Source: Myxococcota bacterium (lineage in GTDB: Bacteria > Myxococcota_A > UBA796 > GCA-2862545). Taken from it: DNA of 64,000 bases. The notes beneath the pieces were generated by a model that saw only the letters and a list, made by a program, of their open reading frames with translations, ran no database searches and was not told where the DNA came from. Position numbers and translations under genes: made by a program. The DNA is taken from contig JBCCQY010000018.1 of the NCBI GenBank assembly GCA_039208735.1, positions 1 to 64,000 of the forward strand, in the 5' to 3' direction. This document shows, piece by piece, positions 57,331-64,000 of the stretch; position 1 is the stretch's first letter, and each line of letters opens with the position of its first letter.

Positions 57331-58134
57331 ATGGACCTCGAGCACTTTCTGGCGACGGCCTTCACGATTGAGGAGCTTAAGGCCCTGTGTTTACGCGACA
57401 ATGCGCTGACGGCGTTGGTCGTCGATGTGAATTGGAAAGACGCTCCAGCGGCGGTGGCACGTGGGGTTATCAGTGCCTCAGAACGGCATTTTGGAGCTGA
57501 CCAGAGCCGGCTTCGTGACGCACTGTTGCGCGAGCGGCCGGCCCGGCGACGCGAGATTCTTCAGATTTTCGGTGAACCTGACGAGCCCGAGGCCCCACCC
57601 AAGCCCCTCCCTCGCCCGAACCCCGTCCTTCCGGAGCCCGCGCGCACCTCCAGCGTCCTCCAACCGCTCATGGTCGCATTGCTCGTTACGGTCGTGGTTC
57701 TCGCCCTCTTGGGGGGCATCTCCTCGTGGTTTCTGATCGAGGAGCCAACCTCCGTGGAGGTCAAAGCCCCGCACGCAATCACCACCGCCTCGATCTTCGT
57801 GTACGACGAAGCCGACTTTCCTCGGGCCCGACGCATCGAGGCGCTGCTAAACGCCAAGGGCCTTACCGTCCGGCCCCCCGAGAAGTCACGCTGGGAAGGC
57901 CTCCCCGCCAGCCGAGATCAACTCTACGTGTTCCACGAACGCGACCGTCGTCCCTCTGAAGACGTCCGGGAATGGATTGTAGAACGGTCGTTGGGCGAGT
58001 TTCGTGTCGTAGACCGTTCGGATCGAAAGCTGAACGTGCCGGAAGGGAAGGTCGAAGTTTGGCTTGGCCATCCATACGACCCTGCCGATGCCATCGTTCC
58101 CGAGATTCGAGACGGCGACGGCTCCATCGATTGA
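57331..58134 (+). CDS. Effector-associated-domain-like N-terminus, TM helix and extracytoplasmic domain
   Basis: FLATAFTIEELKAL...LRDALLRERPARRREI, a Pro-rich linker, a TM helix, and a C-terminal alpha/beta domain. Confidence 0.7.
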   Translation: MDLEHFLATAFTIEELKALCLRDNALTALVVDVNWKDAPAAVARGVISASERHFGADQSRLRDALLRERPARRREILQIFGEPDEPEAPPKPLPRPNPVLPEPARTSSVLQPLMVALLVTVVVLALLGGISSWFLIEEPTSVEVKAPHAITTASIFVYDEADFPRARRIEALLNAKGLTVRPPEKSRWEGLPASRDQLYVFHERDRRPSEDVREWIVERSLGEFRVVDRSDRKLNVPEGKVEVWLGHPYDPADAIVPEIRDGDGSID

Positions 58135-58212
58135 AGCGCCGTTGCCCAAACGCGAATGGACTACCGCGTCCAGGGCAACAAACCAGCGCCTAGATAGAGA
58201 TCGGAGGTCATC

Positions 58213-58614
58213 ATGAGTGGAACGGGCACCCCCGAAGATCCTTGGACGCTCACCACCCCCGCTGGAGGGACGTCGTTCGAAATCTGGCGAGACGCCGAGA
58301 AAGGCGTCCTGCACTGTCAGGTCGGTGGCACGTGGCTTCACTACGACCCCCGCGCACTCGACGATGCCTTGGGCATGCTTCGGGCGCACGGGGACTGGAT
58401 GGAGTTGGGAAACAAGGACGAGAAGCAAGAAACCAAGCCAGGCACGGTCGAGCACTGGGCGCGTGCGAGCGACAACCCAATCGGGGGCTGGTACGGACTG
58501 CGAAAGGGGTACCGAGGCCGTTTCGCGAATTACATCATGCCGATCCTCGCCGCGCAGGGCCTCGTCGAGTTCGAAAAGAAGGGCCGTAGCTGGTGGGTGC
58601 GCGCTACGGGTTGA
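58213..58614 (+). CDS. Conserved hypothetical protein (DUF6855-like)
   Basis: GTPEDPWTLTTP...GTVEHWARASDNPIGGWYGLRKGYRGRFANY. GGAGG RBS. Confidence 0.82.
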   Translation: MSGTGTPEDPWTLTTPAGGTSFEIWRDAEKGVLHCQVGGTWLHYDPRALDDALGMLRAHGDWMELGNKDEKQETKPGTVEHWARASDNPIGGWYGLRKGYRGRFANYIMPILAAQGLVEFEKKGRSWWVRATG

Positions 58615-58617
58615 CCA

Positions 58618-58859
58618 TGAATACGCTGCACTGCAAGGCGTGTGGACAGCCAGTGAGCCAACCCGTCACGAAGGGCACCAAAGGCTTGCTGCGCACCCCC
58701 ATGTGGAAGGGTCGGGCTGAGGTTTCGTCCGCAAACCCACCCAATTGGCCGTGCCACACTGAACCGGGCTTCGTCGTCGCTCACGATGGGCGTAGCTTAA
58801 GCACGGATCCATTAGACCGAAGAATGGCAAACGGTTCCCTCACGCGGGCGCACGAATGA
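58618..58859 (+). CDS. Short CxxC protein, possibly truncated
   Basis: MNTLHCKACGQPVSQP starts 3 nt after the previous stop. A second Cys pair is missing. Confidence 0.35.
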
Positions 58860-58896
58860 CGAAGCGATCGGTGGTTCCTCGCTGAGCAGCGTGGAC

Positions 58897-61170
58897 CTAC
58901 GCAATGCCTCGGGCCAAGGCCACCACGGTCTGCCCCACCGCCAGTCCGCCGTCGCCAGGCGGCACCTCGCGATGCGTCAACACCGTGAAGCCGAGCATTC
59001 GCAGCCGGTGCACCAACGACTCCGTCAACACCCGATTCGCGAACACACCGCCCGACAACGCCACGGTGTCCAACTCGGGCCTCGTCGCTCGGAGGCGTTC
59101 CGCAAACTCGGCGAACGCACGAGACAGTCCGTGGTGGAACCGAGCGGCCACGGTACCCGCCGATGCGCCTTGCCGCACATCCTCGAGCAACTGCGGCCAC
59201 ATCGAGGCGGGGTCTAGGACGCCGGATGCGCCAAACGCCAACGGAAACCCGTCGTCCAGCGGTGCATCGAGGGGCACGAGCGATTCAAGGGCCATGGCCG
59301 CTTGCCCCTCGTAGCTGATGCCTTCCGGGTACACGCCCACGGCGGCAGCGACCGCGTCGAACAAGCGTCCGCAGGACGAGGCCTTTGGTGAAGGGTGGGC
59401 CCGCAACGTGTCCAGGGGTCGGTCCACCAGTCGACCAAACACTGGCCCACGGCCGTACTCCGCCTCAAGCGAGGCCCAGTCCGCGGCGTCGAGCTGGGCA
59501 AAGAGATTCCGCCACGGCTGGCGCGCCGCCCGATCGCCACCGGGAAGCACCGTGGGTCGAAGGTGGCCCACCCGTTCGGCGAACGCGTAGTCCGCAACGA
59601 ATACCTCGCCCCCCCACCACTCCTCGTTCGCACCGTAGCCGATACCGTCGAGTGCGATGCCGATGACGGGTCCTGCATCGCGCGGTCGCCCCACTTCCGC
59701 CATCACCGCGGCAATGTGCGCATGGTGGTGCTGGACCCGATGCACGGGCACGCGCCGTTCGGCCGCGATGTCCTCGCCAAACTGGCTCGCGCGATACTCG
59801 GGGTGCATGTCGACGACGACACATTGAGGCTCATGGTCGTAGACCTCGGTGAGCAGACGCAGCGCATGGTGCCAACTCTCGAGAGTGCGCAGGTCGTCAA
59901 GGTCGCCGAGGTGCTGGCTCGCGACGAGGTCGGCGCCCTTGGTCAGCGCGAAGACGGCCTTGAGGTCACCGCCCATGGCCAACACTTGGGTACCGCCGAA
60001 TCCCGGAGGCAGCCGCAGAGGAGCCGGGGCGTACCCACGCGCTCGACGGAGCACCCGGATGCTGCCGTCGATGAGGCGAACGACACTGTCATCGACACGG
60101 TTCGCAATGGGCCGGTCATGGACCAACCGCGCATCGGCAATCCCACTCAGTCGGGTGCGCGCATCTTCGTCGTCGGTGCATTGCGGCTCCTCGGTGAGGT
60201 TGCCGCTCGTGCAGACGATAGGCCCGTCGAACGCGGCGAGCAGAAGGTGATGCACCGGCGTCGTCGGCAACATGAAGCCCACATTGTCTGTGTCGGGTGC
60301 GATCTCGTGAGCGAGGGAAGCCCGACCTCTCAACACGACGATGGGTCCCGCAGGGCTTTGGAGTGCGGCCACTTCCTCGGGGCCAACCTCCGCATACCGT
60401 TCGACCATTTCGAGGTCCCGCGCCATGCAAGCCAAGGGCTTATGGGGACGTCGCTTGCGGGTTCGCAGTCGTGCAACCGCCTCGGAGGACGTGGCGTCGC
60501 AGCACAGCTGGTAGCCACCGAGCCCTTTCACAGCAATGATCTCCCCCTTCCGCAACCGATGGGCCGCCTCTACGATGGGGTCAACCGCCGAGCGGGGCTC
60601 CAACCACAGCCGTGGGCCGCAGGTTGGACACGCCACGGGCTGAGCGTGGAACCTGCGGTCGACCTCATCGTGGTACTCAGCGTGACACCTTGCACACAAC
60701 TCGAACGATGCCATCGTGGTCTGCGGGCGATCCCAGGGGACCCCGGTCACGATGCTGAAGCGAGGGCCGCAGTGGGTGCAGGTGGTGAAGCCGTAGCGAA
60801 ACCTCGGGTCGTTGGGTTCGAAAACCTCATCGAGGCAAGCCTGACAAACCACCGCATCCGGGCTGACCCCGGTGTTGGTGTCTCCCGCCTGACTCTTCAC
60901 GATCGAGAACCCGTGGTCCTCGAACGCCGCCTCAGTGGGGTCTCGCTCCACCTGGTCCACACGGGCGAGCGGTGGCAATTCGTCCATGAATTCCGTCACG
61001 AATCGGTCCCGAAGCGCGGTCTCCCCATAGACCGCGACCAGGACACCATCCGCATCGTTGCGGACCCAGCCGCGAACCCCGAGTCGGCGCGCGACCCGGG
61101 CCACCGTGGGGCGAAATCCCACTCCTTGGACGATACCCACAAAGCGAATCAGCTCGCCCGGCGGCGTCAT
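58897..61170 (-). CDS. hypF: [NiFe]-hydrogenase maturation carbamoyltransferase HypF
   Basis: GIVQGVGFRP acylphosphatase domain, two CxxC-CxxC fingers, KGLGGY, QHHHAH and PPGDGGLAVGQ. Confidence 0.97.
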   Translation of the reverse strand: MTPPGELIRFVGIVQGVGFRPTVARVARRLGVRGWVRNDADGVLVAVYGETALRDRFVTEFMDELPPLARVDQVERDPTEAAFEDHGFSIVKSQAGDTNTGVSPDAVVCQACLDEVFEPNDPRFRYGFTTCTHCGPRFSIVTGVPWDRPQTTMASFELCARCHAEYHDEVDRRFHAQPVACPTCGPRLWLEPRSAVDPIVEAAHRLRKGEIIAVKGLGGYQLCCDATSSEAVARLRTRKRRPHKPLACMARDLEMVERYAEVGPEEVAALQSPAGPIVVLRGRASLAHEIAPDTDNVGFMLPTTPVHHLLLAAFDGPIVCTSGNLTEEPQCTDDEDARTRLSGIADARLVHDRPIANRVDDSVVRLIDGSIRVLRRARGYAPAPLRLPPGFGGTQVLAMGGDLKAVFALTKGADLVASQHLGDLDDLRTLESWHHALRLLTEVYDHEPQCVVVDMHPEYRASQFGEDIAAERRVPVHRVQHHHAHIAAVMAEVGRPRDAGPVIGIALDGIGYGANEEWWGGEVFVADYAFAERVGHLRPTVLPGGDRAARQPWRNLFAQLDAADWASLEAEYGRGPVFGRLVDRPLDTLRAHPSPKASSCGRLFDAVAAAVGVYPEGISYEGQAAMALESLVPLDAPLDDGFPLAFGASGVLDPASMWPQLLEDVRQGASAGTVAARFHHGLSRAFAEFAERLRATRPELDTVALSGGVFANRVLTESLVHRLRMLGFTVLTHREVPPGDGGLAVGQTVVALARGIA

Positions 61171-62837
61171 GAGCCTGGCGGGCGGGCTTCGAGCTGCTTG
61201 GACTGGTGGAGCGACGACGCCAGGTGGCGTGACAACCGCACCCCGAAGCCCAACGTCCGTTGCACATCTTGATCCTGGAGCGCGCCCAGAAGGCCGAACA
61301 TGCCCACCGGCGTAGCAGGTTCCTTGAACGCCGCCGCCGTCGCTTCGTTGGCCGCCCGAAGAAAGCGGAGGGTGTCTTCTTTCACCGGCATCGACCGAAC
61401 CATGTCGAGGAGCCGCGACACATCTTCGGGGTCGATGCCATCGAGCTTGGTCAACAACGGCTTTGCGAACTTGGCGAGGTTCGGCGCAAGCTCGATCACC
61501 ATTTCGAGCGCCTCGAGGGTGTCGGGCTGGGTGGCCTGCTTCAAGAGGCGCAGTCCGGTCATGGTGGGCTTCTCGAGTTCCTCGATGGTGCCAATGCCGC
61601 TTTCTTCCGCGGCCGAATCGAGCATATCGAGGGCCCGTTCAACCTGGTTCACGGTCCGCTCGACCCTCGGCAGACGGTTCACCAACCGTTGCAGCGCTCC
61701 TGAAGTGTCCGGCGTGTCCGAGATCGAGGCAAGGATTGTGGAGACCTGCGCAAGCCCTCGGAGCGTCGGCGGGGTCGACAACGTGGTCAGGGCTTCAAGA
61801 CCGGCTTCCAACCGCTGGTCGACATCGGCCACGTCCTGCCGTCGGGCCCAGGTGCGCACGCCGTCCATGGTCTCTTCGAGAAGCTCGGGGCCTGCAGCAG
61901 CAAAGTACGCAGCGTATTCGAGCTGCGGGGCCAGGGCTGCAATCCGAGTCAGCGCCGAGAGCGTTTCTTCGTCCGACAACTCGAGCAGGACCTCGTAGAG
62001 TCGTGACTCGAGGCTCGCCTCCCCTTCCAGAGCCGCGCGCTGGCCCAACACCTCGGCCGTCGCGCGGAGCACGGGCCTCATGTGGGGTGCACTGCGCCCG
62101 AGTTCGCGTAGGGTCTCGATTTGCTCGGACCCCGTGAACAGCAGCAACAGGTCCGTGGCTTGATTCAGCCGATGGACGATGACATGAGGGTCGATTCCAT
62201 GTTCGGAAGCTTTGGAACGCGCAAGCTCCATCGCTTCTTCAAGCAACTCCGGGCCCGCCGCCACAAAACCCGCCGCATATTCGAGTTGGGGGGCCAAGTT
62301 GGCGAGCCGTACCAACGCTTCTTGCGTCTCGGGATCCGAGAGTTCGAGAAACGCCTCGGTCATGCGACGCTGCAAGTCCTCATGACCCTCAAAGTCCCCG
62401 CGTTGCTGTAGCGCTGACGCAGCCGCTTCAGCCAACGGCAAGTAGTGCGGTGCGACCTCGGCGACGCGCTTGACCAGTTCCATTCGACCGCCGCTCGACA
62501 GTTCGATCGCCGTTTCCACCGCCCGGGTGAGCCGCCGCTGGACCTCGAACGCCCCAAGCCCAGAGTCCTCAGCCATCTTGCGAGCGGAGACAAGCGCTTC
62601 GTCGAGCAGCTCGGGGCCTGCTGCCGCAAGGTAGGCCGCGTACTCGAGTTGAGGAGCCAACGCCGCAATGCGCGCCAAGGCATCCAGACTCTCGGGATCC
62701 CCCAACTCCAGCATCAGCTTGGACAGCGAATCCGATGGCGTCGGCGTCGCGACGTGCCGCTGCTCCAACAATGCAGTGAGGCGTTCAAGCGCCGCTTCCA
62801 CCCGATCGAGACGTGCCGAAACATCCGAATCACTCAT
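61167..62837 (-). CDS. DUF1641-tailed protein with three internal 121-aa repeats
   Basis: C-terminal PVGMFGLLGALQDQDVQRTLGF. LAPQLEYAA...AAGPELL occurs three times. ATGA overlaps on both sides. Confidence 0.85.
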   Translation of the reverse strand: MSDSDVSARLDRVEAALERLTALLEQRHVATPTPSDSLSKLMLELGDPESLDALARIAALAPQLEYAAYLAAAGPELLDEALVSARKMAEDSGLGAFEVQRRLTRAVETAIELSSGGRMELVKRVAEVAPHYLPLAEAAASALQQRGDFEGHEDLQRRMTEAFLELSDPETQEALVRLANLAPQLEYAAGFVAAGPELLEEAMELARSKASEHGIDPHVIVHRLNQATDLLLLFTGSEQIETLRELGRSAPHMRPVLRATAEVLGQRAALEGEASLESRLYEVLLELSDEETLSALTRIAALAPQLEYAAYFAAAGPELLEETMDGVRTWARRQDVADVDQRLEAGLEALTTLSTPPTLRGLAQVSTILASISDTPDTSGALQRLVNRLPRVERTVNQVERALDMLDSAAEESGIGTIEELEKPTMTGLRLLKQATQPDTLEALEMVIELAPNLAKFAKPLLTKLDGIDPEDVSRLLDMVRSMPVKEDTLRFLRAANEATAAAFKEPATPVGMFGLLGALQDQDVQRTLGFGVRLSRHLASSLHQSKQLEARPPGS

Positions 62838-63670
62838 GACGTTCTCCCGGGCGCACGGTCACGGATCCATTGGTACCAGGCATCCATTCCTTCACCGGTA
62901 CGGGCGGAAACCTGCAGCACAGGCACGGTGGGGTTCACGCTCGCAATGGCATCCAGCGTGCGCGGGACGTCGAAGTCGAGATGCGGGAGCAAATCGACCT
63001 TTGTGAGCAACACGAGGTCGGCCCGGCTGAACATATGGGGGTACTTCTCGGGCTTGTCCTCGCCCTCGGTGACCGAGTACAGCACCACTTTGGCCGCTTC
63101 ACCAAGGTCGAACAACGCGGGGCACACCAGGTTGCCGACATTCTCGATGAATAGCGTTCCGCCAGGCTCCGGCCGCAGGCGTTGAATCCCCTGCCAGACC
63201 ATCTCGGCTTCGAGGTGACAGCCCTTGCCCGTGTTCACCTGCACGACGGGCGCCCCGGTCGCCCGAACGCGTTCGGCGTCGAGCGAGGTCTCTTGGTCTC
63301 CCTCGAGCACGCCGGTAGAACCATCGAATTCCGTCAGGGTGCGCACAAGCAGCGTCGTCTTGCCGGAGCCCGGGGAACTCATGAGGTTCAACGCGGTGAC
63401 CTCACGCGCATCGAGCCACGTCCGATTCCGTTCGGCGATGCGTTCGTTGGTGGCCAACACCCGTTGTTCGATTTCCACGAGTTCGTGGGGACCATCGTGG
63501 TGGTGGTGATGATGATCATCGTGGTGATGATGGTCGTGGTCGTGGTCGTGGTGATGGTGGTGACCCGGTTTCGGGTCGAGGACCGCAGCGACGGCAGCCC
63601 GCTCTCCTGTGGTCAGGTCGTGCAAGGAGGCGTCGCTCTCGCCGCCACTACACCCGCAGGTCATACACAT
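62834..63670 (-). CDS. hypB: Hydrogenase nickel-insertion GTPase HypB
   Basis: MCMTCGC, His-rich linker, SSPGSGKTT, GCHL, ENVGNLVCP and TKVD. TGATG overlap with hypA. Confidence 0.97.
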   Translation of the reverse strand: MCMTCGCSGGESDASLHDLTTGERAAVAAVLDPKPGHHHHHDHDHDHHHHDDHHHHHHDGPHELVEIEQRVLATNERIAERNRTWLDAREVTALNLMSSPGSGKTTLLVRTLTEFDGSTGVLEGDQETSLDAERVRATGAPVVQVNTGKGCHLEAEMVWQGIQRLRPEPGGTLFIENVGNLVCPALFDLGEAAKVVLYSVTEGEDKPEKYPHMFSRADLVLLTKVDLLPHLDFDVPRTLDAIASVNPTVPVLQVSARTGEGMDAWYQWIRDRAPGRTS

Positions 63671-63999
63671 CAGAGCTCCATCGACTGAATCAAGAGTTCT
63701 TCGCCCGCTACGATGCGCAGGGGCGCTCGGCGTTCGCACTGGCAAAGCGCCACAAGGTGTTGGAGCTGCATCTGCTCCCCGCAACGTTCGCATTCCCCGC
63801 GCCCTTCGACCTCGTGCACCACGAGTTCGGCCCCTTCAAGAGCCGTGCCTTCGGTACACATTCCGAAGCAAAACTCAATGGCGCCAACCTCGATGCCAGC
63901 CAGAGCGCCGATACGGAGATGAATGCGGCGCACGGGTCGTCCTGCCGCACGTTCCGACACGATGGACACAATGTTTCGGGTGATCGACAGTTCGTGCAT
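63670..63999 (-). CDS. hypA: Hydrogenase maturation nickel metallochaperone HypA
   Basis: MHELSI, CERC...CQC and GEEL. Confidence 0.96.
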   Translation of the reverse strand: MHELSITRNIVSIVSERAAGRPVRRIHLRIGALAGIEVGAIEFCFGMCTEGTALEGAELVVHEVEGRGECERCGEQMQLQHLVALCQCERRAPLRIVAGEELLIQSMEL

Positions 64000-64000
64000 T

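Noticed and set aside
59395..61272. 625-aa plus-strand ORF
   Set aside because: Antisense shadow of hypF, typical of high-GC DNA, with no motifs.
63494..63562. Trinucleotide-like repeat
   Set aside because: It encodes the well-known His-rich nickel-binding linker of HypB.

Overview
A GC-rich, accessory-type bacterial window. A Myxococcota-like origin is inferred from the DADTDAD lipoprotein, the DCDDANPNIHPGATE motif, a MYXO-CTERM-like tail and the eukaryote-like kinases. The dominant theme is NLR-like signalling. Four STAND/NB-ARC ATPase-TPR proteins carry different output modules: two have a Ser/Thr kinase and are each tightly linked to a paralogous FHA plus C-terminal HTH-like gene, one has a C-terminal wHTH and is followed by two paralogous membrane kinases lacking the Gly-rich loop, and one has an N-terminal OmpR-type wHTH. 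Other contents are a divergent EF-G paralogue behind a structured leader, a complete IS630 carrying a second ORF, a dispersed REP-like repeat family that overlaps gene 3' ends, a Phd/VapC toxin-antitoxin pair, and a DUF3526 ABC transporter with a candidate Zur box. There is also an HTH-only LysR divergent from map, an HhH-NuiA fusion, a pentapeptide-TIR protein, an EAD-like membrane protein, many secreted lipoproteins, several gene remnants, and a hypA-hypB-(DUF1641 repeat protein)-hypF operon. No tRNA, rRNA or CRISPR array was seen. All domain calls come from motif recognition by eye; no database searches were run.
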